A DNA stretch of 64,000 nucleotides, taken from positions 139,562,001-139,626,000 of the forward strand of contig NC_042999.1 of NCBI RefSeq assembly GCF_006345805.1. The letters are read 5' to 3'. Shown in pieces: positions 12,480 through 24,735 of the stretch. The stretch comes from Octopus sinensis. Its lineage: Eukaryota. The first letter of the stretch is position 1. Every line of letters begins with the position of its first letter. Position numbers and translations under genes: made by a program. The notes beneath the pieces were generated by a model that was not told the origin of the DNA, searched no databases, and saw only the letters and a list, made by a program, of their open reading frames with translations.

Positions 12480-15400
12480 TTTTAAGAATAGTTGAATCTG
12501 TAAGCGATATAAGAAAAAAGCTCCCTTAGCCTGACAAACGCTGATGGTAAAAGCGTATCAATATATAAAATACTAAAGCGAATTATATGTAATCAGTTTT
12601 AACTATGCTACAATGAATTTCTTCAGGAATATAATGCAACATTAAAATAGCTTTAGCTACACTACATGCTTCCGTAAGAAATCTACTTGTGGAAGTCTAC
12701 GGTCACATCCCACTATTTTTAATTTTCATACGCTGTATGCAAATTGTGTCCAGAAGATAAAATTTGGGAATGTTATGCAAGCTTTTGTTTATTATTCAAT
12801 ATTCTCAATAATTATGAATTATTTCAGATGTATTGTATTTATGTATCCAGTGAAAAACAAACAAAAAGAACCTCAAAGCTCCCACCTCCCGGGGATGTTG
12901 AAGTGAGCAATGCACAATGTGAAGTCGGTGAACTGTCAAATTGAAAAAATAAAATTATATTGTATGAAAATGTATGATTATGTGTAGTATAACACAAAAA
13001 TTATAAAATTATTTGATAGTAAAATATGGTCACTATTTAAAGATGATTACAGTTTTTAATGTTTTCCGTGAAGTTTTCAAAGGTTGAGGTAGTTTATATA
13101 AATCTGTAGAATACGTCAGGTATATTTCATACGATAGATCGAAAGAAAGAGAGTGAAAGAGAAACAGAGAGATATGGGAAATACATGTTACAGAACTTTC
13201 CAATATTATAGATAGATAATACATTGTCCTTTTCTTTTCACAAAATCAAGGGAAACAACTCGAATTAAATCCCGACTTATTTCCTTTAGTGTGACAAACG
13301 CAGACGGTATAAGCATATTAATAATATAGAAGATGGTCTTCACTTGCACAATATTTGTCTTTTTAAAGGCAGTGTAAGGGATTAGCACTCACTTGCATTA
13401 GATTCAAAATCTGAACTCCTAAATTCGATAAATATATATATATAGCAGGAGTACCCGGCGTTGCTAGTGGTATAAATGCTTCATCATTCTAAAAACACTT
13501 ATATTCTAGTCTAACAACTAGCGCTACCAAAACGTTTTTGAAAAACATACAGAATTCCATGCCAAAATGTACCAAAATTCACAAAAATAGAGAAAAATAC
13601 CAGTTTTTCAACATCTTTGTTCTGGCGAATGGCGTGTTGTTCTTTGTTTTCTGCAGACTGCACAGCAGCATTTGCTGTAGCATACCTGGCAGCAAAAGTT
13701 TTTTCTCCACCAGAGTTCTGAACCCTAGCAATGAACTCATTTGCATACAGCCAATCAGAGCTCACCTTGTCAAGTTAACAAGCACACTCTACCAAGTAAA
13801 TTTAAGACAAACAATGGTGTTGTAAATTGACTGATCACCAAGTTATGCCTGATTTTAGAAGGAGACAAGTATTAGATAAATTTGCATCTATACCTATTAT
13901 CAGATTTTGTTAGGGGGCCCCATATGGTAAAGATGTGGGTAGAGGGTGATATGCTAGCAACCCTCTCCCCTTACTGTTTTAGAAAGTAAACAACACAAAT
14001 AACTATGCAGAGACAGCCATGGTTGAAACAAGAACAAACATTATTAAAAGAGAAAAGAAGCATCATCATTCCTTACCCAAGTGACCTTATCTTATTGCCC
14101 ATCACTTGTTATGCGCACATAAATTATTTTGATAGTTGAGCTCTGATTGGCTGTATGCAAATGAGTTCATAACTAGGGTCTGGAATTTTCGTGGGATAGA
14201 TATTTCGCTACCAGGCATGGCGAATGGCAAGATGTTCTTCATTCTCCGCAATTCTTACAGCATTCCAGGCACAGCAAATGGCACACTGTTCTTCATTCTT
14301 TGCAGTTCATGCAGCAGGGGTTGCTATAACTGTAGCATTCCTGGCATGGTGAATGGCATGCTGTTTTTTGTTCTCTGCAACTCACACAGCAGCAGTTGCT
14401 ATAGCATCTTGTATGACAAATAATATGCTGTGACTGAATCAGGTTAGCGTATACTGTAGCTATTAATGAAGCATTTCTGATCTGGCGACTGCTATACTGC
14501 TCCTTGCTTTCCATGGCTCTTGCGGTGACTGTGCAACCAGCATTTTGTGAATGTCTTCATGCAGTCTAGTGTGAGGATTCATTTGCTCTCCTTCTCTTCG
14601 ATGTCTCAACTGCGGCAGTTTTGCAACCAATATGGGCTCTTTTCTTAGGTGGCATTATCTCAGAGTTTAGAAGCTTCAATTACAAAATGCAGATGTAGCA
14701 AAAGTAAATTTAAATACACAGAGGGCAAAAAATTCAGAGGGAGAAAACGGAGAAAATCAGTTGGAAACTGCAGAAGTGTTTGGAGAAAAACCCATGTAAA
14801 ACAGTTTTTCTAGATGGAAGTTAGTGTGTGTGTGAGTGAGTGAGAGAGAGACAGGGTGAAAGAAACAGACATAGACTAAAAGAGAGGAACTATTACAGAG
14901 GGTGAGAGAAAATATCAGTAAGCAACAGAAATAGAGAATGAGATGAGACAGAGAAGAGAGAAACAAAGAGAGAGAGAAAAGGAAGAGAATTAGTTGAAAA
15001 TTGCAGAGGTTTTTAGAGAAAAACCCATGTCATCATCATCATCATTTAGTGTCCACTTTCCATGCTAGCATGGGTTAACTGGGGTCTGTGAAGCCAGAAG
15101 GCTGCATCGGCCCAGTCTGATCTAGCAGTGTTTCTACGGCTGGATGCCTTTCCTAACGCCAACCACTCCGTGAGTGTAGTGGGTGCTTTTTAGGTGCCAC
15201 CCGCACAGGTGCCAGATGGAGCTGGCAAACGGCCACGGACAGATGGTGGTTTTTACGTGCCACCGGCACGGAGGCCAGTCGGGGTGGCGCTGGCAATGGC
15301 CACGATTGGATGGTTCGCTTACTTGTCACCGGCACTGGTATCACAGCTGCAATTTCCATTGATGTTGATCGACTTCGATTTTGGTTCTGCTTTCTGATAT

Positions 15401-16071
15401 CTGATTTGATTTTGATTTTGATTTTCACTTGCCTCAACGGGTCTTCACAAGTGGAGTTTTGTGTCCCAAGAAGGAAAGGTATGTATAAGTCGACTGGCTA
15501 CATACCAGGTAGAGGCCACAGGTTATGGACTCACTAGTCTTGCCGGGTCTTCTCATGCACAGCATACTTCCATAGGTCTCGGTCTCTAGTCATTTCCTTG
15601 ATGAGACCTAAAGTTCGAAGGTCGTGCTTCACCACCTTGTCCCAGGTTTTCCCGGGCCTACCTCTTCCACAGGTTCCCTCAACCGCTAGGGTGTGGCACT
15701 TTTGCACACAACTATCTTCAGCCATTCTCGTCACATGACCATACCAGCGCAAACGTCTCTCTTGCACACCACAACTGATGCTTCCTAGGTCCAACTTTTC
15801 TCTCAAGGTACTTACACTCTGTCGAGTATGAACACTGACATTACACATCCATCGGAGCATACTGGCTTCATTTCTTGCGAGCTTACGCATATCCTCAGCA
15901 GTCACAGCCCATGTTTCACTGCCATGTAGCATGGCTGTTTGTACACATGCATCATACAGTCTGCCTTTTACTCTGAGCGAGAGGCCTTTTGTCACCAGCA
16001 GGGGTAAGAGCTCACTGAACTTTGCCCAGGCTATTCTTACTCTAGCAGTTACACTTTCAGCACACCCACCC

Positions 16072-16285
16072 GGGTGCGACCTGCGATCGCAGCTTCGGTT
16101 GCATGTATTAGCTCTAGAATTGCCACAGTTATCCACTCTCCTCGCGGTGGAAGAATACGGTCCCAAGGATTAGGTCCGGTTCCTGAGCCATTCGCGGTTT
16201 CACCATTCGTTTACGGCATGAACTTACACTTGCATGGCTTAAGCTTTGAGACAAGCATATGACTACTGGCAGGATCAACCAGGTA
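16072..16285 (-). pseudogene. 18S rRNA 5' fragment (about the first 210 nt) embedded in the RTE LINE
   Basis: The reverse complement from 16285 reads TACCTGGTTGATCCTGCCAGTAGTCATATGCTTGTCTCAAAGCTTAAGCCATGCAAGT...GAAACCGCGAATGGCTC...GGATAACTGTGGCAATTCTAGAGCTAATACATGCA, the canonical eukaryotic SSU 5' end. Confidence 0.95.
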
Positions 16286-16437
16286 TCACCGACGTTTCAA
16301 AAGAACGAAGCGCGGCAGCTCGGGAAGCAGCCGCTGCCGATCGGTAAAAATGAGAAGAAAAGGAATCGGCGGGCCGAAAACAGAGACGTGAGCGCTCACG
16401 AGTTCGGCCGCCGTTCGTATACGCGCACGCCTCCTTC
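16286..16437 (-). other. Probable 5' external transcribed spacer (ETS) of rDNA, contiguous with the 18S fragment
   Basis: GC/CpG-rich non-LINE sequence immediately 5' of the 18S start; ends where the RTE frame (QGEKLE) resumes. Confidence 0.7.
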
Positions 16438-17880
16438 TCCAGTTTTTCTCCCTGGAACGTGGTAGAAGTTGGTCTCTGCACATTTTCAGTGTTTATTGCT
16501 CCTGAGCATCTGCCACAAACAAAAACTATTTTCCTAGTTAGCCTTCCTTTGACATTGCTGCACCTTTTATGTGTCCATAACTTACACTTGGTGCATCTTA
16601 TAGAGTTTCTACCTACACCTTTTCTACAGATCGAGCAGGGCCATCTACCTGAAGGCGTTTGTGATTGGTCTACCTTCCGACTTATTAGGACTTTGGTTTT
16701 GGCTAGGTTGATTCTAAGGCCCTTCGATTCTAATCCTTGCTTCCACACCTGAAACTTCTCCAGTTCTGATAGTGACTCAGCAATTAGAGCAAGGTCATCA
16801 GCATAGAGGAGCTCCCAGGGATATCCTGTCTTGAATTCCTCCGTTATTGCCTGGAGGACTATGATAAATAGGAGGGGACTGAGGACTGAACCTTGGTGGA
16901 CCCCAACCTCTACCCGGAATTCTTCACTGTACTCGTTACCAACCCTCACCTTACTAGCAGCGTCTCTGTACATGGCTCGCACAGCTCTCACTAACCATTC
17001 GTCTATCCCTAGTTTCCTCATTGACCACCAGATAAGGGATCAGGGGACCCTGTCGAAGGCTTTCTCCATGTCAACAAAAGCCAGGTACGGGGGCTTATCT
17101 TTGGCTAGGTATGTAAAATACCATTTTCCTTGTTTCTTGCTTCACGCAGCAGCTCTGGGCAGAATGTTATAGTTCATTACCATCCTTGGTACATAAGTAA
17201 TTGTGGGTATGAAGTTTGATGAAAATGCATACGTACTACACACACAGAGACATCCTTTGTTTTTATATGTGTGTATATATATATATATATCATGATGAAG
17301 TTTCTTTGCTGGAGTCGACATGAGAAAATAATTAAAATATGATTTTAAACCCTGCCAAGATTGACCCATACCAATTTAGTAATGAATTCAATTCCAAATT
17401 TGTGATTTTGTATCAAATGTAGAAATGTTGATTTTTTCTTTATTTAGCACAAAGACAATTGGATATTTTTACAATATTTCATTTTAGATGTATTCTTTAG
17501 TTAAGGAATTCAAATTCTGAATTTGATAAAACCACTGTCTTTTAGCCTAATCTGGTGATGACTGCACGTTTATTTTGTAAATAATGAAAAGATTGGAACA
17601 ATTGGGTAGTTTACTTATTTTGAAGTCTTAGAATAAACTATATATTTTCGTGTTTCATTGAAGCACGTTGTTAAATTATTCTTATTAATTCTTATTTTTA
17701 TAAAGTCCCTAAGGGTTCGCATTTTCTTCCCAGAAAGTTTATTATAAGAAACAAGTTCATTACACAGTTATTCATACCTAATATTTTTTAAAACATATTT
17801 TGCGTAATGCCAAGTTTTTCTAAATTTTCTATGCATTATATTTAATTCAGATATATCATCACATATGTAGAAGATAGTTA

Positions 17881-19063
17881 TTAGGTTGTCAAGAAAGTTC
17901 TTGCGGTTTTTAACCTTTAAATACAGATGCACATATCTCGGCTCAAACAAAACATTATTAATCGAAATGAACACCATCCGAATTAACACACTTTTGTCAA
18001 TGCGAAACAAATGTATTTATGCCAGTAGCATAAAAATCCTGTGTTCTAGTGGCGATGAAGTCGTTGAAGGTGTCTTTCGCATCGTCTTGGTTTTTGAAGC
18101 ATTTCTCACACAGGAAGTTGTCAAGATGCTTGAAAGAGTGGTAGTTGTTAAGCGGGAGGTCTGGTGAGTATGGCAGATGAGGCAGAGTTTCGTAGCCCAA
18201 TTCGTTCAACTTCTGCAAGATCAGTTGTGTGACGTGTGGCAGAGCACTGTCGTGAAGAATCGGTCCTTATGCATTTCATCCATTTGCTAACAGTACTTCT
18301 CTGCCGGAATGGTTTCGCCTGGATCCAAAAAGCTGTGATAGATGAGACCAGCAGCAGACCACCAAACAGTCACCATGACCTTCTTTTGGTACAACTTTGG
18401 CTTTGGCGGTATCCAACCACTGAGCTGAGCGTTTCTGGTTGTCGTAAAGAAACCAATTTCTATCGCAAGTCAAAATCTGGTTGAGAAATGGATCATTCTT
18501 GTTGTGTAAAAGAAGGGAAGACGACACTTCAAAATGGCGGCACTCATTTCTCAAGTAATTTTGCTTTTCCAGTCTCTTTCAAGTGGTTGGAAATTGTCAT
18601 ATACGTTACATCTAATTCAGAAGCAAGCTCTCAAACAGTTGTGCATGGTTTGGCTTTAACTAAGGCTCTTAGTTGATCATTGTCAACATTCAATGACCAA
18701 CCACTATGCTTATCATCTTCAAGACTTTTATCACCACTATGAAATTTCTTGAACCACCCTTGTGCTGCACGTTCATTAGTGGTTCCTGGGCCAAACGCAT
18801 CATTGATATCGCAAGCTGTTTCAGCAGCTTTTTGCCCTAGCTTGAACTGGAATAAGAAAATTGTGCAATTTTGCTTTTTGTCCAACGTTCTAGAAAATAT
18901 GGCTTTAGTATTCAAAAAGAAAAAGTGTAACACGATTAGATAGAACGAAACACGGGCTTTAAAATGATGTATAAAGTCAAAGTAATTTAACAAAAATTAA
19001 TTTGAAAATACATCATTTACAACCAAAATTAAAAATTCCGCAAGAATTTTCTTGACAACCTAA
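17881..19063 (-). mobile_element. Mariner transposon (second family), pseudogenised
   Basis: TIRs ttaggttgtcaagaaagttcttgcgg / ccgcaagaattttcttgacaacctaa with TA TSD; empty site 'gatagttacatggt' in other units. Motifs WFKKFHSGD, ILTCDRNW, HLPYSPDL. Confidence 0.92.
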
Positions 19064-19245
19064 TACATGGTACTAAAACACAGCAGGCATTCATTCTAAT
19101 CATTCATTGCAACAAAAAAAAAACTATCGGTAAGCAAGAGGAAACAAAACAATTATAATATTTATAATGTGAAAATAATAGAACCACGTTAAGTGATTTT
19201 CAAGTATTTTGTAATAGCAAAGAGGAGGAAATAAATTAAACTTAC

Positions 19246-19310
19246 CCGAGAAGGGACAACAATAGATGAAATATTCGTTTCCAGAGCCTCCAGGTTCGAT
19301 AACTCTCATA
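19246..19310 (-). promoter_or_regulatory. Putative non-coding first exon of unit B (proximal copy)
   Basis: Same conserved block and CGG|gtaagt donor as at 1641. Confidence 0.45.
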
Positions 19311-20383
19311 AATGTTGAATTAGCTTTTTCAACTAGCCTCTGATAAACCTCAATAACAATGATATTGCCGTTAAGAAAAGCTTCAAACTTCAGTAAAATA
19401 TAATTTAATGTTAATGGATTTAAAATTATTCATATTTAAGTAAATATTTATATTCAAGTAAAAGAAACCATCAAAATTGCGTGTAATTTCATAATGAAAT
19501 CTTTGGAAAAGTGGTGACGATATGATTAACAGAAATTTCTAGATGCAGACCACTGTTCCTATTGTTATTTGACAATATAAAAAGCTCAGGGTGCTACTGG
19601 TCTCGTGTGATCCCTCGTTGAATAGCCTTGTGGTCAAAAGAATTTCAAAAATCATAAAAGAACACTTTGAAGAATGATGTTGTCCTTCAATACAGTATGT
19701 CTACAAAGAAAGATGGTTTGGCTAGGACTGGAATATATTTGAACTTACGTCTGCTCATGTGAGCTTTAAAAAAAAAAACTGAGAGGGGGCTAATAACACT
19801 TCATGCCAGACATATTTCTCTGAACATAGGTGTTGTAAGTATATTTTAATAGGTACTTGACATTCGAGTTATCTTTCAAAATCACGAAGACACGTATATC
19901 AAAGAAATTTAACTGTAACACCTCATAATCACAATACGCCCTTTCACAAATAAATTACAAGGTATACGGAGCAGAAAAATTAAGAGAGATAATGGGGTTT
20001 TTTAAATAGTGCTTGCGAGCCCATTACAATCTCATATTTAGCACTGCTCTCATTCACTAATGGAATGAGTTATGGTTAAAGAAATCCCAATCTTTTTTTC
20101 TTTTAAATTACCAGATAATCTATGGCACTTCTTGGACAGTGGGGAGGAATGAAATTTGAACAGGATTTTGCAAGTAACAGTTCTATCATCTCTTTGGATA
20201 ATTGTGGTACTAATACATATTATTGGATTAGTTCCCCTTGAACACCACTATGAATTCGCCATTTTACGTGCGATTTTATTTTGCATACGCTGAATTACAT
20301 TGGATTCAAAATCTAAACTCCTAAAATATATATGATGAAGCTTCTTTACTGGATTTAACACGAGAAAATAAATAAAATATGAT

Positions 20384-20717
20384 GGTAAATTTATAGTTTC
20401 ACACCAGATTCGATGTCTGTACTAAATAATTTTGACACCACACATGGACACATACACACAAAAAAACATCGAACGTTTTTGGTGAGATTTAAAAGAATGA
20501 GTGAAAAGACCTAGTATTCGTCCAAACCATCTACACCAGTACCTGGCCAGGTATTTATTTATCTCTGCTACAGAAAAAAAAAATTGCTACATCAATTTTT
20601 TATTGAGGCAGCAAAATTATATACACGATGTCAACTAAGACGATTGCACCCAAAACAATTCTGGGAAGAAATTATTGAGTACCGAAATCTAGTCTGGCGT
20701 CAAACGATAAATTTACC
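20384..20717. mobile_element. MITE with GG..CC terminal inverted repeats
   Basis: ggtaaatttatagtttcacaccaga... / ...tctggcgtcaaacgataaatttacc; absent from the paralogous positions in other units. Confidence 0.6.
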
Positions 20718-21406
20718 AATAGACCCAGACCAATGAATTCGATTCCAAATTTGTAGTTTTATATCAAATGTAGAAATGCCGATTATTTTTTTTATTTCGC
20801 ACAAATTGGGTATTTTTACGATATTTAATTTCAGATGTATTGTTTAGTTCAGGGATTCAAATTTTGAATTCGATAAAAGTAATGTGTATATGCCTTTTAA
20901 CCTAATCTAATGATCACTACCCGTTAATTTTGGAAATAAAGAACAGACTGGAACGATTGGGTACTTTACTCATTTTGGAGTCTTAGAATAAACTATATAT
21001 TTTTGTGTTTCATTGAAGCATGTTGATAAATTATTCTTACTTTCATAACCTCCCTGCGACTTGGCATTTTCTTCTCAGAAAGTTTGTTATAAGAAACAAT
21101 TCGATTACAGAGTTTTTCTTTCCTAATATTTTTTTTAACATTTTGCGTAATGCCGAGTTTTTCTGAATTTCCTATGCATTATATTTAATTCAGATATCAC
21201 ATACATGTAGAAGATGGTTACAAGGTAAAATGTTATTCACTAAAGCACGGCAGGCATGATTAACCATTCATCGCAACAAAAACAATATGGGTAACAAGGG
21301 GGAAACAAAAAAATTATAATATTTAAGAAGTGAAAGTAATAGAACCACGTTAAACGATTTTCGAATATTTCATAATAGCAAACCGGTGGAAATAAATTAA
21401 ACTTAC

Positions 21407-21470
21407 CCGAGAAGGGCCTAACAGTAGGTGCAATGTTCGTTTCCAGAGTCTCCAGGTTCGATAACTCTTA
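21407..21470 (-). promoter_or_regulatory. Second (distal) copy of the first-exon/promoter block upstream of unit B
   Basis: Segment ~20220-22075 repeats the intron-1, exon-1 and upstream sequence without an intervening coding region. Confidence 0.45.
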
Positions 21471-22656
21471 ATTATTAATGGATTAGCTTTTTCAACTAGC
21501 TTCAGATAAACCTCAATGACAATGATATCGCCTCCAAGCAACGCTTCAAAACTTCAGTAAAATATAATTTAATCTTAATGGATTTAAAATTATTTATATT
21601 TTAAGTAAATATTTATATTCAAGTAAAAGAAACCATGAAAATTGGGTGTAATTTCATAATGTAATTTTTGGAAAAGTGGTGACGTTATGATTAACTAACA
21701 GACCACTATACCTATTGTTATTTGACACTATAAAAACCCGAGGGTGCTCTTTGGTCACAGATGATCCCTGGTCAAATAGTTTTGGGGTCAAAAGTGTTCC
21801 AAAAGTCATAAAAGGTGAAAGACATTTTGAATAATGTTGCCCTTAAATACGCTGTCAAAAAAAAAAAAATAAAAAACTAGAACTGGAATACCTTTGAATC
21901 CGCACAATGTGGGCATAGCAAACAAAAAGTTGGGAGGGGTCTTGTAACAACGCTTCATGCCAGACATGTTTCTAGAACATAGAAGTTGTAAGCATCTTTT
22001 AATAGCGACTTGACATTCAAGTTATCTTTCAACATCACAAAGACACATATATCAAGGAAATTTAATTGTAACACAAACCTTCAGCCATGAACAACACAAC
22101 CAAAGCACTGAAAGTAACTATAAATGCTGGACCTCACAATTACTATTTGTCTCTTAAGCTAAACCTCATTATATCATTGCCAAAACTGCACTACAAAGAC
22201 AGGGATTCCTCTTCAAGGTCAGCAAATACTTTAGCTGACCACTTACAAAGCTTAAGGAAGCCCAACATAGGAGAACTGCTCACAGTTGACATACCAGATA
22301 TGAAGATCAAATATGTGCAAAATTTAAGTAATTCCATTCAAATTGTTACTTCCCTGCATTACTCCCGACAGAATTTACTGGGTGCTATTTTCATGCCACC
22401 ATCAGTAGTTTATAATATTTTATTATGTCCCTTCACATTCCAAATTCAAATCTCTACTAGGCTGACACTGCATTTCCTCCTTCTAGCATCCGTTTACACC
22501 AAAGATGATCCTAAAAGCCCATGACAGAATCACAAGGCATTTCTGTTCACACTGCAATTTCATCATCACCTACTGATGATGTGAGAAACTTGTAGTGAGA
22601 AACTTGATTCAAACTTCATTTATTTCACAATGATATTTAATTAATCTCTCTCTCTA

Positions 22657-24560
22657 TCTATATATATAACTGAGAATGTGTGTCTGTATGTGTGTATCAC
22701 TAAAACTCGAGAACTACCCAACCGATTTCCTTTAAACTTTACACATTCCTTTCTTAGGGTCCATGGAGTGTCATGGGCCAAAAAATATTTTCAACTTCTT
22801 GCCTAATGCGAGCAAGGAGCAATCTCATAGACTGTTTCAGTATTACATGTCAAAAGTAAAACAATAGCATCTCTGTTGTAATGAAATTTAATAGTTTCAT
22901 TTTTATCACTTTGACTATGTATATATACTTGTTTGTTAAATCGCAGTATGTGTATAATGACTAATGCATACATTTTCACAATTCTCAACCGATTTTCCCC
23001 AAATCTTACAAATATATTGTGTCCCAAGGATGGTCATGCATTATAACATTTTGCCCAGAACTTCCACGAAAATGGACATAGTTTTTTGTATGTAGGATCT
23101 TCCATACTTTTTTAATCCGTTTTACAAAAGTGAAAGGGTTTTGTCTATTCATTTACTCCGACTGTCCACCTGCGCGGTGATCCTGTCAGGAAACAGAATT
23201 TGGAAGCTGTCATTTTGTTTTCATGTAAATAAATGTTTATGTTAATTTAAAAGTTTTATAAAAAAATCTTATTTAGCACAACACGTATTATGTCTCCGGT
23301 AATTTTCTTCCATGTAAAAAAATGTTATGTTAATTTTTAAAATTTTCCAAATTCGTTAAAGGTACATAGTTTTTTTGTGTGTATGGTTTTCCATACTTTT
23401 TTAAACTTATGTCGTCGTATATGGCATTCTAGAATATTTATGATTGATTAAATTGACTAGGAACACTGTACGCAATGAATATCCAATACAAAACAATTTT
23501 AATTTCAATATTTAAGCTGCATTGACCTTTTGGCAAGCTTACCATTACCTATTCTGAGTTACTTGAAAGGTGATGTTCCATTTCCTCTCTTCTATTTGTT
23601 AATACCTTTGTTTACCTACCAATGTGCTGTTTCACTTTAAGGATGCTTATTTTGCCATCCATTATGAAATTTCGATTGTTGTCCATTGTTTCAAATACGT
23701 TTTAGCATTGAAGTTCTAGCCTTGGATCTTTTCGGTTTGAACGGCAGTTTTTTCTCGCGGTGTCATGAAATTGTCACCCATAATTATGACCCTAGTATCG
23801 ATCTATTGCATTTCAATCTGTTTTAGGGTTAGGGGTGGTGGGAAGGGTATCTTTTTTCCATCAGAAATTTAAATAAACCCAATCTGTTTCTGAAACGAGG
23901 GACATATTCATACGGCACAGAATGTTTTCATCTCAATAGACGTATTTGATTGGTTGAAATTGCAGAAAAAAACAACAAATATCTTTAAAACTATAGAATT
24001 TTCTCAATAAAGCCAAGAGAAAAAGATGTTTTATAAATACATTCTACCCGTATACGAAGTTTAAAATTTTTTAGTTACCTAGAAATTATGTTAAAAACTG
24101 CCGTTCAAACCGAAAAGATCCCTAGCCTTTTTTAAACAATCACATGATTCGTCCCAAAGAATTAACCTTTAAATAAGTGTTTTGCTACCGCTAGCGAAAG
24201 TTATACATATCTTTCAGAAAGCTCCAAACCTATTTCATTTTACGCGGCATTCACTGTTACCTTATGCGCAAGCTATGTGGAAAGACATAATAAAGTGACT
24301 TTTGTTAGCTTATAATAGAATCAATAATCACTTGGTACACTAAAACCTATTTTCCTTTTCCAGATAATAGAAGCATGCCACCTAAAATGAGAGCATACAT
24401 TGGCATAAAGTCTTCTGCAGCAGTACTGACAGGCTAAGGAAACTGAGGACCAGAGGTCCTGCACGAAAAAGCTGCAACTACTCCAGAGCAGCGTGAAACT
24501 TATCGAGTGCATGCTGCTGATGCAAGGGTCACAGAAACCCCATAAAAGTGTGCTATTCGT
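22657..24560 (+). mobile_element. Helitron relic (5' end and decayed first coding exon)
   Basis: 5' end TCtatatatataactgagaatgtgtgtctgtatg. Acceptor ttttccag followed by ATG at 24375: MPPKMRAYIGIKSSAA, similar to the Helitron N-termini at 14655 and 59804. Confidence 0.55.
23724..24121. mobile_element. MITE with GGATC termini and 8-bp TSD (Merlin-like)
   Basis: TIRs ggatcttttcggtttgaacggcagtttt / aaaactgccgttcaaaccgaaaagatcc, flanked on both sides by ctagcctt. Confidence 0.85.
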
Positions 24561-24735
24561 CAGGCACGCAATGCTGCATCAACCCATTTCTTTGCAAGAA
24601 GTACATCCATGCCCCTGACCTCGTTAGTGTTCCCTGCCCAGAAAATCTTGTACCTGTGTTCTTTGCCTGTGAGGAACCTAGCAGAACCTCCTCTCCATCT
24701 TACTTCTTGGAGGCAGCACAAATCACCTCTGTTCA
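24560..24735 (-). mobile_element. RTE LINE AP-endonuclease fragment
   Basis: DLCCLQEVRWRGGSARFLTGKEHRYKIFWAGN. Confidence 0.75.

Larger units (their letters stand above)
15030..17111 (-). mobile_element. 5'-truncated RTE-clade LINE (RT domain, C-terminus, 3' UTR, (ATG)n tail)
   Basis: ORFs with FVDMEKAFDRV, GVHQGSVLSPLLF, LLYADDL, a Cys-rich insert CSIC...CTKC...HKRC, and RRLRWYGHV, GRGRPGKTW. (CAT)n tail at 15030; short atgt duplication at the ends. Confidence 0.9.
13443..17270 (-). mobile_element. Helitron relic inserted in the intron-1 (TA)n run of unit B, carrying a nested RTE LINE
   Basis: Minus-strand 3' end 'gcaacgccgggtactcctgcta'. Decayed N-terminal ORF MPPKKRAHIGCKTAA...RRRANESS starting at 14655. 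Unit sequence resumes at 'catgatgaagtttctttgctgg' (~17291). Confidence 0.6.

Noticed and set aside
16072-16437. Functional rDNA locus
   Set aside because: Only ~210 nt of 18S is present, with no ITS, 5.8S or 28S, and it is nested in a LINE.
15534-17021. Novel protein termini on the 248-aa and 210-aa ORFs
   Set aside because: They are chance translations of the ETS/18S insert fused to RTE frames.
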